DNA from: Octopus sinensis
Taxonomy: Eukaryota
DNA length: 64,000 nucleotides
Direction: 5' to 3'
Assembly: GCF_006345805.1 (NCBI RefSeq)
Contig: NC_043012.1
Location: 1,302,001-1,366,000, forward strand
Shown here: piece after piece, positions 38,576-52,244 of the stretch
Layout of the letters: every line of letters starts with the position of its first letter
Position numbering within the stretch: the first letter of the stretch is position 1
Program-made: the position numbers and the translations under genes
Notes under the pieces: generated by a model
Seen by the model: the letters and a program-made list of their open reading frames with translations, nothing else
What the model was told of the DNA's origin: nothing
Databases searched by the model: none

Positions 38576-38634
38576 TGATGATAAGAAGATTGAGGAGAGC
38601 ATCATAGCCGTGTGTTGAAAGGAATTCTTGGGGG

Positions 38635-38929
38635 TTTGTTACCAGTGGCACCTTACTGGCACGTGAAAAACATTCGCACGAGGTTGTTGCCAGTGCAGGT
38701 GGCACATAGAAAACACCACTTAGACGTGGCCATTGCCAGTACCACCTGACTGGCCCCCGTACCGGTGACACGTAAAAGTACCCACTCTCGGAGTGGTTGG
38801 TGTTAGGAAGGGCATCCAGCTGTAGAAACTCTGCCAGATCAAGATTGGAGCCTGGTGCAGCCATCTGGTTCGCCAGTCGTCAGTCAAAATCGTCCAACCC
38901 ATGGCAGCATGGAAAGCAGACGTTAAACT

Positions 38930-38973
<44 letters not shown>

Positions 38974-38975
38974 AC
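38635..38975 (+). mobile_element. SINE-C
   Basis: Same family. Confidence 0.85.
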
Positions 38976-39428
38976 ATGGTCACATGTGGTTATCTTTCCT
39001 TCTCTACAGTGCTGTTGTACAGACTACAGGTATTCTTCTCTGCCTACTTTTCTATCTTTTCTCTTGTCAAAGATAATATTTCTCCAATGTTCACTACTTT
39101 ACCTCATCTGGTCTAACAACCCTCCGTGTTTGTTTTCATTGAGTCTCCTTGTATGTCTCCACTGCCCTGTTTTTGTTACCAGCTTTGACCCTCTGCAAAA
39201 TCCCAAATTTTATTTTGGTTCGCTGGAACAACTGCCTTTCGGAGTCTCATACTGTCGTTCAATGCTCGAAATGAACAGATAAACAGCCGACAACTGATGA
39301 AGGGTCGTTCTTTATGTTACTTGTCTGGTTTTCCATTTGTTTTTCTCACTGTTTGCATACCCAACCTTGTTTGCGTTTTTCATGTTGTTTAAGTTTTGTG
39401 ACGTCCTGTACCCATATATGCATATATA

Positions 39429-39464
<36 letters not shown>

Positions 39465-39556
39465 TAATCCAAACAAGAAAACAAAAAGACAACAACGCAA
39501 GGATGTGGAACAAATAAAGTATTATTGGACGCTCAGGAAAGAAGGGAAGAAGGAGG

Positions 39557-39591
39557 GTTTGATGTTTCGAACGGAGCTCTTCATCGGAAAC
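39557..39591 (-). ncRNA. Minimal hammerhead-like motif (core CCGAUGA)
   Basis: Minus strand: GUUU-CCGAUGA-A-GAGC(UCC)GUUC-GAAA-CA-UC^AAAC, in the (TA)n-flanked element ~39460-39670. Confidence 0.5.
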
Positions 39592-39719
39592 ATAGGAGAA
39601 AGAAAGATCCCGAGACGGGAGGACAGAGGGAAAAAAAAAAAAATTGCAGGTAGTATTCACGAGGTCACATACTATATATATATATATATAATGTATATGT
39701 ATGTATATACATATATATG

Positions 39720-40000
39720 TATCATCATCATCATCATCATTGTTTATCGTCCGTTTTCTATACTAGCATGGGTTGGACGGTTCGACCGGGGTCTGGGAAG
39801 CCAGGTGGCTGCACCAGGCTCCAGTCTGATCTGGCAGTGTTTCTACAGCTGGATGCCCTTCCTAACACCAACCACTCCGTGAGTGTAGTAGGTGCTTTTT
39901 ACATGCCACCGGCACGGAAGCCAGTGAAGGTGGTGTTGGCATCAGCCATGTTCGGATGGTGCTTTTTACGTGCCACCAGCACAGGTATCACAACTACAAT
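39720..40000 (-). mobile_element. SINE-C
   Basis: Same family. Confidence 0.85.
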
Positions 40001-40049
40001 TTCCATTTGATTTTTATTTTGATGTTGCTGCATGTATGTACATCTTCGG

Positions 40050-40600
40050 CATCTGTCCGTCTCGAGAGACGATGGTATAGCTCGGAAAAGGTGTTGGGTT
40101 TATCTGCACTTCCTGGTGTGGCTGTGCAGAGCAATCATCGAGTGGCAGCCTCTACCACATCTGGTGCAATTGAAAGGGGATGAGAGCTGTGGTTGCTGCT
40201 GCTGCTCCTTTCACCTCGTTCTCTTTAGTTTGGCAGCAGTGGTCCTCAGGTTCTCTGCTGTTATGACACCGTACTTGACACTGTGTCGCCAGGCACTTCT
40301 CACGGCAGTGGCGAATTCCCATGTTTGGGTGTTGATCTGGCATAGCTTTAGGTCTTTCTTGCAGATATCCTTGAAGCGCAGTTTGGGGCATCCCATTGTT
40401 CTGGATCCTTCCGCCAGCTGTCCGTACAGTAGGTCCTTTGGAATCCATCCTGCATCCATTTGGCTGACAAGACCTAGCCACCGAAGAGTGAGGTATATGT
40501 TGGCACGGTCCAAAACCTCTGTGTTAGTGATCCTGTCCTGCCATTTGATATGGAGAATGCGCCGCAGGCACCTTAGGTGGAATCTATTGAGTTGTTGATG
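40050..40600 (-). mobile_element. RTE-clade LINE C-terminal fragment
   Basis: LNRFHLRCLRRILHIKWQDRITNTEVLDRA...LRWLG.V.QMDAGWIPKDLLYGQL..GSR..GCPKLRFKDICK. Confidence 0.9.
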
Positions 40601-40811
40601 TATGTTTGTACATATATGTATGTATATATGCATATATATATATATATTCATATATTATTTATATTATTAATTGATTAAACACCATGCATCCATTTCCAAG
40701 TAAGTTTATTTTACTATATATATATATATATATATACATATATATGTAGGTCCCGGGTTGAGTCTGGTTAACCACAGTAAAAAAGGTACTAGTACATAGC
40801 AGAGTAAATTA

Positions 40812-40941
40812 ATTTATTTTGTAGAAGGAGCTTCTACAGACTAGAACTGTTTCATTCAAAGAAATCATCAGGTAGCTTCCTGATGATTTCTTTTGAATGA
40901 AACAGTTCTAGTTCTGTAGAAGCTCCTTCTACAAAATAAAT
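40812..40941. repeat. Long palindrome (61/63-nt arms, 6-nt loop)
   Basis: Arms are reverse complements apart from two 1-nt indels. Confidence 0.9.
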
Positions 40942-40945
40942 AAAA

Positions 40946-40992
<47 letters not shown>

Positions 40993-41717
40993 TAAGTGTG
41001 TAATGTGTGAGTGTGTGTGTGTGTGTATGTGTGTGTGTATGAATGTATGTATGCATGTATGTATGTATACAAAGAGAGAAAAGTAGAGAATAATCAGAGA
41101 GACTAAATGACACCTGGAGAACGAGAGAATGAAGTAGAAAATTATTATAAGTTGATGAAAGTATTTTAGGCTTAATTAAAAGATTAGACAGGGGAAGCTT
41201 GGGAAACTGTTGCATCAAGACACACGAGAGGTTGGGAAGGAATGTAGGCATGGTGGTTCAATGCAGAGGCATGTGATGTGTGAAGCAGAAAGGCACTGAG
41301 TGCAGGTGGGGGCTGGTTAAGGGAGCAGACCGGTCAAAAGTACTTCAACTTTAAATGCTTGATAAATATTTCAACCATTTTGCTAATGCTACTTACTGAC
41401 TCATTGATGTGTGCAGCATGTATGTAGACAATGAATATTTGCATGAGTATGTGTATACATGCATACTAATATATATTATATATATGATGTGTGTGTGTGT
41501 GTATATATATATATACACATACCCGTACATGCCCACACATGGATGCATATCTCTCTGTCTCTCACTCTGTCTCTATCTATCTATTTATACATATATACAT
41601 ATGCATATATACATATATATATGTGTGTGTATATATATATGTATGTATGTATGTATATAAATATATATGTATGTATATAAATATATATGCATATATATAT
41701 ATGTGTTTGTATGTATG

Positions 41718-41749
<32 letters not shown>

Positions 41750-41897
41750 AATACATATGTTTGTATGTATATGTATGCACATATATATATGTATTTATAT
41801 GTGTGTGTGTTTAAATATGCATATATATATATATTCTCTTTTTTATGCTCTATGTAAATATATACATATATATATGTGTGTATGTATATCTATATAC

Positions 41898-41931
<34 letters not shown>

Positions 41932-41934
41932 ATA

Positions 41935-41994
<60 letters not shown>

Positions 41995-42489
41995 GTATAT
42001 AGATAGATAGATAGATAGATAGATAGATGTGTATATGTTTTTATCTTTCTGAATATAAGCAGATATGTGTTAATGGATGTGTGTGTGTGCATGTACATGT
42101 ACATATATATATATATATACAGAGAGAGAAAGAGACATATACACACACACACACACAGATTCACACATACACACTCACTTATACACATACATACATATAT
42201 TTATCTTACAGTGGAAAGCAACCTTGGTAAAAGTAAGATTTCACTCTATTGCCCTCCAAAAATCACAATATTAAAAAAAAATAATAAAAATAACAAAAAT
42301 AACGAAAATAATAAAAATACCAAAAGTTAGTAAAATAAAAAAAAAAACAATTAAATACTCCTTCTTATTTAATTAATTAATGAAGATTTAGCGAAGAGTG
42401 ATTCCTGCAAATCTTCTCTAACAACTTACCATTATTCAAATGAAAACAATGCTTATTCCAAATATTATCGCATAGCTTTAGCTTCTTGC

Positions 42490-42501
42490 AGAGTGTGTGT
42501 G

Positions 42502-42573
<72 letters not shown>

Positions 42574-43380
42574 GGTGTTTGTGTATGCATGTATGTGTGG
42601 GTTTTTGTGTGTCTGTATATGTATGTGTTTGTGTTTGTACGTGTTGTGTACATATGTGCCTTCGTGTGTGTGTGTGTGTGTGCATGTGTGTATGCCTCTG
42701 TACGTGTGTGTTTGTGTGTATGTGTGTGTGTTTGTGTATGTGTGTGTCTATATGTGTACGTGTTTGTGTTTGTATCTATTGTACAAGTTTGTGTGTATGT
42801 GCTTGTGTGTGTTTGTGTGTGTATATGTTTGTGTATGTGTGTGTGTCTGCATATGTATGTGTTTATGTTTGTGTGTTGCAGTACATATCTGTGTTTGTGC
42901 GTGAGTGTATTTCTGTATGCATGTGTGTTTGTGTGTGTGTCTGTATATGTATGTGTTTGTATGTGTAGTACATATGTGTGTGTGCGTGCGTTTGTGTATG
43001 TGTGTGTGTGTGTTTGTGTGTCTCTATACGTATGTATTTGTGTGTATATATGTTGTACATGTGTGTGTGTGTGTGCATGCAGCGGAGGGGGGGTCTGTAT
43101 ATGTATGCATTTGTGTTTGTATGTGTGTAACATATGTTTGTGTGTGTGTTTTTGTGTATGTGTGTGTATTCATGCATGTGTGTTTGTTGTACATATTGTG
43201 TGTTTGTGCATTTGTATGCATATGTGTGTGCATGTGTGCATGTGTGCATGTTGTGTTTGTGTGTATATCTATTTGCATGTGTTTGTATGTGTGTTTTTTG
43301 TGTTTGTGTGTCTGTATATGTGTGTGTTTGTATGTGTGTATTTTTGTGTGTGGATGTGTGTTTATATCTGTGCAGGTGTG
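42490..43380. repeat. ~900-bp degenerate (TG)n/(TGTA)n block
   Basis: Directly visible; source of the 128-328-aa ORFs. Confidence 0.95.
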
Positions 43381-43743
43381 TACAGGCGCGGTTATGTGTT
43401 ACGAAGCTTGCTTCCCAACCACATGGTTCCAGGTTCAGTCCTATCGTATGGCACCTTGGGTAAGTGTTTTCTACTATAGCCTCAGGCTGACCAAAGACTT
43501 GTGAGTGGATTTAGTAAACGGAAACTAAAACTGCTTTGTTGAGAACTGCCACGATTTTGAGATTAGTACTTGGGCGTTTAGTATCATGGTAAAAGAAGCT
43601 GTGAGATCTTTGACAACAGGTTGTTGTCCACTCTTACAGAATTAACTAGAACACGTGAAATCAAGAGCTGTGAGAAGTGAAAGGGAAAAATAATAATAAT
43701 AATAATAATAATAATGATGATGATGATGATGATGATGATGGTG

Positions 43744-43774
<31 letters not shown>

Positions 43775-43796
43775 TGATGATGATGATGATGATAAT

Positions 43797-44352
43797 AAGA
43801 TGCCCTAATGCAGTACCAGGCAGTGGCTCTCATGGTTTCTCATCTTAACTGATAGGAAGTGTTATCATTGTTTTGTCTTGGTATAAAAGATGGGCTACAG
43901 CAAATATTCTGCTCAATACCATAGATTTGCTTGTCAGTTGTTTGACCTTAACCAGTTGAGCATGTCCCTTAGTGGCTGACGATATGTGCATCTCTGATCA
44001 CGAGCAGAAGTAGTGGGGGAGCATCATAGCCATGTGTTGAGAGGGATTCTTTGGGGTTTGAATAATTCACCTCTGGAAACATGGGTGGTTCTTTCAACAT
44101 CTTTAAACAACCCTTATTCAGGGACCTTTTGAGTGGGATGGGTTACTTGGCTTGAAGAAAATTCTAACTGGGCCCCACCTGCAAAGTCATGCGCTGTTTA
44201 TCTTGATATGCGATCACCATGTCGCGCACATATGGTTGTGATGCATGTGTCTAGTGTACCCTTATCAGACGGGTAGTCATGATGGGTATACTGGGCATCA
44301 TATATTTTACCCGGGTGTCACTCTGATGGCATGAACTGCTCTCTCACTCAAT
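43797..44352. mobile_element. Unclassified repeat flanked by (TAA)n
   Basis: A segment recurs at 38592-38640; TAA repeats on both sides. Confidence 0.45.
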
Positions 44353-44382
44353 AATAATAATAATAATAATAATAATCCTTTC

Positions 44383-44583
44383 TACTTAATGCACAAGGCT
44401 TGTAATTTGGTAGAAGGGGGACTAGTCAATTAGATCAACCCCAGTGTTTCACTTGTACTTAATTTATTGACCCCAAAACAATGAAAGGTAAAGTTGACCT
44501 CAGTAGAATTTGAACTCAAAACTTAAAAATGGACAAAATGCTGTTAAGCATTTTGCCCAGCATGCTAACGGTTCTGCCAGCTT
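44383..44583 (-). mobile_element. SINE-B (diverged)
   Basis: Same family. Confidence 0.75.
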
Positions 44584-45243
44584 CATAATAATAATAATAA
44601 CGTGCACACATATGTGATGGTGGTGTCAGAGAAGCTTTATGGATGTATGCAAGTATATATATATATATATATTTATATAACTCAAGGCATGTGTTTGTAT
44701 AAGTGTGTATCAGTGTGTCTGTCTCTATGTATATATGTATATGTGTATGTACACACACACACACACACACACACACGCGACAATGCTTGTGTGTGTGTGC
44801 ATATATAAGTATACACACATGCACACACACACAAATATAAATGTAAAAAATCAATAATTTAATCTATAAGTAATTAAAGAAAGGAAAAAACAAAAAAGTA
44901 ACAAAAACAAAAAATTAACAAAAACCAAAAAAAAAACTGCAAAAAGCAAAAGAAAAAAAAACCAAGTGACAAAATGTAAACACATAGAAAATTAAAAATT
45001 GAAATAGGTAAAAAGGAAAGAAAATTCCAAGAATTTTATGTGATTCTAATGTCACTAGGAAATTATTTTTAGATCAAATTAGATTTTCAATTGTTTTTTA
45101 ATCATTGAGATTTAATTGATCATTAAGTATTTAACATTTTGGTTTGATGTTGTCTCAGGAAATTTTATTATTTTTATTTTAAAGGACATCTCAAGAGACA
45201 GGTTTAAAGATTTGTTAAAATTAATTGGAATATTAACGGTGTA

Positions 45244-45313
<70 letters not shown>

Positions 45314-45332
45314 CATATATATATATATATTT

Positions 45333-45384
<52 letters not shown>

Positions 45385-45496
45385 TGTAAAAGAAAAAGTA
45401 CTTTTTAATGAATAATTTTTTCTTCTGTGTATTTTAAGTAATATGTGTACATAGTTAAGTATAAATATCTGTCTGTATATCTATCTATCTATCTAC

Positions 45497-45594
<98 letters not shown>

Positions 45595-45699
45595 GTGTGT
45601 GTGTGTATCTTATACTTCAATGGTTTGAAGACAATTTAGAAGATAATTTGAAACATCTCAGTGTTAGGGAGAAAAAAAATTGCGAGAATTTTGCGAGAA

Positions 45700-45905
45700 A
45701 CCAAACAGTCCAGAGAAGAGATTGAATTTCCAGGTTCAAAATATCAAAACCCAAAGTGTACAGCATAAAGAGCAGTTATAGCAAAACAGGGAAAGAAACC
45801 AACAAAACAACAATCTTCCTGCAAACCACCATTGTCCATATTGTGCTTTCTCAGCTAGATCATATGCTGGATTAAGTCATGCTCATATCCATATTGCTTT
45901 TGGTG
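45700..45905 (+). mobile_element. Probable RTE-like LINE 3' end with C2H2-type finger remnant
   Basis: HHCPYCAFSARSYAGLSHAHIH preceded by a Lys-rich segment; frameshifted. Confidence 0.4.
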
Positions 45906-46166
45906 GCCTGAGGGTTAACATGAAGAATCACCAGGGGAAGTAAATGAATTGTAAACACTGAAGAATGGTTGTAATAGCAATGTGTGTTGTTGATTGTCTA
46001 TTTGGTTGGATTTTTTCTCTCTTCTCATTGAACACTCATCTGTTGTCTTTAGAGAGTCATATATATATACATACATACATACAAACATATATATATATAT
46101 ATATATATATATGGTGTAATTTAATTGTTCATTTTGAATTGATAAGGTGGGGTTTTTTCCTAATTT

Positions 46167-46202
<36 letters not shown>

Positions 46203-46333
46203 AATTGTTCATTTTGAATTGATAAAAGGTGGGGTTTTTTTCCTAATTTTATATATTATATATATATATATATATAAATTGTTCATTTGGAATTGATAAA
46301 AGGTGGGGTTTTTTTCCTAATTTTATATATAAT

Positions 46334-46360
<27 letters not shown>

Positions 46361-46366
<6 letters not shown>

Positions 46367-46720
46367 AAATTAGGGAAAAAACCCACTTTTTATCAATTCA
46401 AAATGAACAATTAAATTACACCATCTAGAAAATTACATATAATAGAAATATATTTTTTTTAACCTGATGAGTGACTATATTTATATCGAAGTGATTTTTC
46501 TACTACTATAATCGTTTCTTAAATATAGTCACGAAACACGTGTTGTTATTCTACAAATTATATACGTTTTTATTATTATTTTTTTGCAATTTACTTAATC
46601 ATTGACATTTTATTGTTATTTTAATTTTAATATTTCTATTATATGTAATTTTCTAGATGGTGTAATTTAATTGTTCATTTTGAATTGATAAAAGGTGTTT
46701 TTTTTTCTAATTTTATATAT
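46361..46720. repeat. ~90-bp inverted repeats (46361-46451, 46630-46720) enclosing a hammerhead
   Basis: Arms are reverse complements. Three further partial arm copies at 46090-46330. Confidence 0.85.
46460..46548 (+). ncRNA. Type I hammerhead motif with canonical core and long stem II
   Basis: UAAC-CUGAUGA-GUGACUAUAUUUA(36-nt loop)UAAAUAUAGUCAC-GAAA-CACGUG-UU^GUUA. Perfect 13-bp stem II and palindromic stem III. Confidence 0.75.
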
Positions 46721-46805
46721 ATATATTATATTGTGTGAAATTTGATTTAATATTTCTAAATTGAATTTTTTTCCTTGTAAGTTTGGATATTGTTCCCTCA
46801 AATAA

Positions 46806-46847
<42 letters not shown>

Positions 46848-47134
46848 GTCATATGAAAACAAACATAAGTTTGTTTTTGAACACATAAGTTCTGATAGAA
46901 CAACATATATAGGATAAAATCCTTAACCTGCCATGAAACTCAAACTCACATCCCTTTAATTTCTAGTCAAAGAATTTGTCAGTAAAGCAGTTTAGCTTAA
47001 ATGGTAAAAGCACTTTGACCAGAAATTGAAGGGATGTGAGTTCGAGGCTCATGGCTGGTTGCTGACACATTTTTCTGCTCTGTGAGGATTTTATGTTATA
47101 CATGCTGTCCTATCAGTACTTATATACTCTTTTT

Positions 47135-47553
47135 TTCTTTTTTTTACTTGTTTCAGTCATTTTGACTGCAGCCATGCTGGAGCACCGCCTTTAATCGAGC
47201 AACTCGACCCCGGGACTTATTCTTTGTAAGCCCAGTACTTATTCTATCGGCTCTTTTGCCAAACCGCTAAGTGACGGGGACATAAACACACCAGCATCGG
47301 TTGTCAAGCAATGCTAGGGGGACAAACACAGACACACAAACATACACCGCACACACACACACACACATACACATATATATATATACATATATACGACAGG
47401 CTTCTTTCAGTTTCTGTCTACCAAACCCTCTCACAAGGCTTTGGTCGGCCCAAGGCTATAGTAGAAGACAATTGCCCAAGGTGCCACGCAGTGGGACTGA
47501 ACCCGAAACCATGTGGTTGGTAAACAAGCTTACCACACAGCCACTCCTGTGCC
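47135..47553 (-). mobile_element. SINE-A
   Basis: Full-length copy. Confidence 0.9.
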
Positions 47554-47611
47554 TATATGTTGAAAAAAAATATATCTTTCTACTTATACATATAATATAT
47601 ATATATATATA

Positions 47612-48230
47612 CAGGGTGCGGCAAGCAAACTGTCGCCTAAATTACACAAATGAAAATAACACTGACATTTCATTTTAACGATATTTTTACCAAAATTACA
47701 TAGAAGTATCTTAAAATACTGAAGAGGAAATTTATTCAATAAAATCGCCAGTGGTTTCAACCATGGCCTCCAGATGACTCTGGAATCTACTGCTACTGTT
47801 CTGGATGGTCTCCTTGTCTAAGTTGGTGAATGCTGCCTTCTTCGCCTTCAGTTCATGCTGCCATGATCTTTGCCTTCAGTTCATCGTTGGCATTACAAGG
47901 AGCTGTTGGTCTCTCACTCAACTGTACCCTACACATAATAATTGAGGGGGTTGCCGTCTGGAGAGATAAGTGGCCAGATGTTAGGGATGATGTGGTCACA
48001 GAAATTGTCTGACAGCCATGACTGGGTTCTCCTGCTTGTGTGGCATGGTGCAGAGTCTTGTTGCCAGACAGACATAAGGTCTTCCAGCAGCAATCCTCTT
48101 CACCCAGGGCAACACTATCTTCTCCAGGCATGATGTAGGCCTCCATGTTGAGCGTGAGGCCATGTGGGAAGATGAATGGAGGCATAACTTCCTCATCACT
48201 AGCTATCACTCCATATACCATGATGTTAGA
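47612..48230 (-). mobile_element. Second copy of the maT-like relic, truncated at a SINE
   Basis: TA-cagggtgcg terminus; VWQQDSAPCHTSRRTQSWLSDNFCDHIIPNIWPLISPDGNPLNYYV. Confidence 0.85.
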
Positions 48231-48630
48231 CGTAGGAGTGGCTGTGTGGTAAGTAGCTTCCTTACGAACCACATGGTTCCGGGTTCAGTCCCACTGCGTG
48301 GCTCCTTGGGCAAGTGTATTCTACTATAGCCTCGGGTCGACCAAAGCCTTGTGAATGGATTTGGTAGACGGAAACTGAAAGAAGCCCGTTGTACATATAT
48401 ATATATATATATGTATGTATATGTGTGTGTATATGTTTGTGTGTCTGTTTGTCCCCCCAACATCGCTTGACAACCGATGCTGGTGTGTTTACGTCCCCGT
48501 AACTTAGCGGTTCGGCAAAATGGACCAATAGAATAAGTACTAGGCTTACAAAGAATAAGTCCTGGGGTCGATTTTCTCGACTAAAGGTGGTGCTCCAGCA
48601 TGGCCAAAGTCAAATGTCTGAAACAAGTAA
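48231..48630 (+). mobile_element. SINE-A
   Basis: Full-length; abuts the maT-like relic. Confidence 0.9.
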
Positions 48631-48656
48631 TGGAGTAATGGAGATGGAGATGGAGT

Positions 48657-48709
<53 letters not shown>

Positions 48710-49284
48710 GCAGAGAGACAGAGACAGAGGCAGAGAGACAGACAGACAGACAGAGACACATACATGGCTGCCTGGCTGCCTGGCTAGCTGGATGGATGGC
48801 TACATGCATGCATGCATGTATGTATGCATGTATTTTGAGTTTTATTTTATATTAAGAATATAAAAGAGAGCCAGTTTCGGGCCTGGAACTAAGATTCTTT
48901 CGTTGGAATTTAGACAGCATCAACTGAGTAGACTGCATCATCTGCATATGAATTTAAGCAGGCGTGCAAATATGGACGTATGCACATATGCACGCGTACT
49001 GTGCACGTGCATTGTTTTGCATTAAAGAATAAGATTAAAATCATTGATATGCATGCATGTGGGTTGGGTGAGTGGGTGCAGGCATCATGATGTCATTGCA
49101 TCTGTGGATCTCATCACATGCTTAACTTCTTGAATGTTTTGACAGCTTGTAGCTGTAATCTTTTGATTAGGTATGTGTGTGTGTGTGTGTGTGTGGTGTG
49201 TGTGGTGTGTGTGTGTGTGGTGTGTGTGTGTGTGTGTGAGTATCTTTTGTCATCTGTAAATTTTAACTATATATATATATACTT

Positions 49285-49328
<44 letters not shown>

Positions 49329-49576
49329 TTACATATATGTTAATAAAATAGAACATATGCATATATATAAACATATGTACGTACCTACCTCTACATTGTA
49401 TACATATACACGCATATATGTGTACAGGACACCAAAAAGACGTCGACCACATAGAGAGACGAAAACACATAGACACAAACTAAGGAACAAGACAAGCAAA
49501 AAAAAGGAGAGTAAGGACAATATATATATATATTATATATATATAGATATATATATATATATTATACATATATAGA

Positions 49577-49615
<39 letters not shown>

Positions 49616-50630
49616 CGTATATGTGTGGTATTGTATGTTCGTTGGCATATATATGTATGTATATATATATGCATATTTATAATGTGCATGCAAATATGTA
49701 TGTGGTGTATGCATGTATGTGTGTGTATGCATGTATGCTTGGATACATGCAGGTATAAGTTTATGTATGTATGTATGTGTGTATGTATATCTGTGTATAT
49801 GTATATGTGTATAAATTTTAGACTACATTTTTTTTCTTTTCTTAATATTTTTTATAATAAAAGAATTGATTTTTAACAAAGACTGAAAGCTTCGTTGCCA
49901 GAAAAAGGCAATAAATTATCAGAATCAGTAGAGCATTGAAAAAAATGCTTTGCAATTTTTTTCTAAGTACACAGCATTTTGAGTTCAAATCCTAGAGGCC
50001 AACTTCGCCTTTCCAAAGCTGTGAATTGTGGTGGTATGGACTTGTAAAAATGTCATTTTTCGGCGTTCAAATCTTGCTGTAACCTACCTGGGTACTAGAC
50101 TTATCAAACATACACACCACTATATATATATATATATACATATATACGATGGGCTTCTTTCAGTTTCCGTCTACCAAATCCACTCACAAGGCTTTGGTCG
50201 GCCCGAGGCTATAGTAGAAGACACTTGCCCAACATGCCACACAGTGGGACTGAACCCGGAATTTTTTAGTAATATAGATTTCACACTTTAGTTCATAGAT
50301 CTAGTAAGTTCTTTGTTAACTTGGATGGAGAGATTTTTAAAAACAGATCCTTATTAACTTTCTGCAGAACCTTCTTGCATTTCTTGTCAAGCACACCTGA
50401 GGGGTTTGGGGCTTTGTGATTCTGTATATGGGATTTGGGTGTGTTTGGGGGTAGGGTTAGGGTTTGTTAGTCAATGTGGGAGTGAAAGAATGTTGAGAAA
50501 GAAGAGCTGAAAGAAAATAGTGAATGGTCAACACAAGATACTTGACTGGGGGTGGGGGGAGTTGGGAGGTGGTGGAGTGTTAAAGGAGTGTTTTATGAAG
50601 CCATTTGAATAGTTGACCTCTGGTGAGAAA

Positions 50631-50730
50631 NNNNNNNNNNNNNNNNNNNNNNNNNNNNNNNNNNNNNNNNNNNNNNNNNNNNNNNNNNNNNNNNNNNNNN
50701 NNNNNNNNNNNNNNNNNNNNNNNNNNNNNN
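50631..50730. other. Assembly gap (100 N)
   Basis: Run of exactly 100 N; true size unknown. Confidence 1.
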
Positions 50731-51175
50731 TTGTCTGGGAAGCAATGCTTCGTGAAGTGGGTCAGCAAGAAATTGTGTTATTTGGACAAATCGACTAAAA
50801 AGTACTGTGAAATTGCAGGGAACAGAATATCGAACGCTTTAGACAAAGTCTGCCTTGCAAATCTTACACTGAAGAAGGATACTGCGAGAAAAGTTGGATA
50901 TTTCACTCCTCACTGCGATTTTAATTGTACTCTTTCGGTCTCATTGCCCACTTTTTATCAAAATTATATATATATACATATATAATAAACCTCTGAAGGA
51001 GGGATATTTAAGTGGCAAATATACTTCACATTGTCGTGCAGCTACTCTTTATACTCATTCAGAGATTTAGTATTGCTTGTTTACACTTTTTCGAGATCAG
51101 TGACTTTTCGACACTGGAAAAAAGGATATATGTATTTGCATTGGGACCCCTTCGCATCGAAGACCGGTGATTGCC

Positions 51176-51217
51176 GTGCGCTGACGACGGGTAAATACCA
51201 GAAACCCGGGTTCGTGT
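51176..51217 (+). ncRNA. Minimal type I hammerhead motif
   Basis: GUGCG-CUGACGA-cgGGU(AAAU)ACCa-GAAA-CCCGGG-UU^CGUGU, with palindromic stem III. Confidence 0.6.
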
Positions 51218-51396
51218 GTATCACGTCAGGTCGACGATGGGAAGGATGGCTTCCCTTTGCAAATACTGATAGGGCACAGAAAGTGTGTCAATAGCCAGCT
51301 AGTGAAGATGTTCTCCTGGGACTACAAGCTACAGTAGCATCCACCCTTAGTAGTTAGTCACATTTATGTGGCAAATGTACTTCACACACACACACA

Positions 51397-51434
<38 letters not shown>

Positions 51435-51944
51435 CCACACTGACTGCTTTGAAAATTATCCCAAATTGAAACAGACATTTCAGGCGTTTATCCATGACAA
51501 CATTATACAAAATAACTGCAATATCAAGGCTTATGAACAAATGTCGCTTGTCACCTGTAATTACCTGGCCTCTGTATTCATAATATTTCATACCTTACTT
51601 TCGAGTTTACATAACATGCACAGACTAATTAACTATATAATAGGTAATTAATTAGTTATAATTTGGTGCAACACATGACCTCAGATAGGAACGACGGTGA
51701 ACCAACATTACAAACATACAAACAATGAGAATCCAGATTTTATTTTGCTTTGTTCTCTGTGATTAAGAAATAACTTTATGACTGCAGGCTTATGTCGATT
51801 TAGGTAAACACACCAATACACAAGTACACGCATAAATATATACATATGCATCCAATCCCCTTCCTTCCTTCCTTCCTTCCTTCTTTCTTTCGTAATTTAT
51901 TTATATTTTCTCTTTATATATATATACATAAATAAATAAATACA

Positions 51945-51993
<49 letters not shown>

Positions 51994-52027
51994 CACACAT
52001 ATATACATATATATATAATGCATACAT

Positions 52028-52198
52028 AGGCCCAGGAGTGGCTGTAGGGTAAGTAGCTTGTTTACCAACCACATGGTTCCAGGTTCAGTTCGACTGCGTG
52101 GCACCTTGGGCAAGTGTCGTCTACCAAAGCCTCGATCCGACCAAAACCTCGTGAGTGTATTTGGTAGGCGGAAAGTGAAAGAAGACTATCGTATACAT

Positions 52199-52244
<46 letters not shown>

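Noticed and set aside
39013-39032. 20-nt micro-exon candidate with good splice signals
   Set aside because: Too short to support without transcript data.
39289-39335. GACAA-CUGAUGAA-GGG...UUGUC hammerhead candidate
   Set aside because: Stem I and the first core half are present, but GAAA is absent.
42377-43504. ORFs of 100-330 aa (CV/HT repeats)
   Set aside because: Degenerate (TG)n block.
50731-50985. ORF next to the gap
   Set aside because: Start lies across Ns; no motif or splice support.
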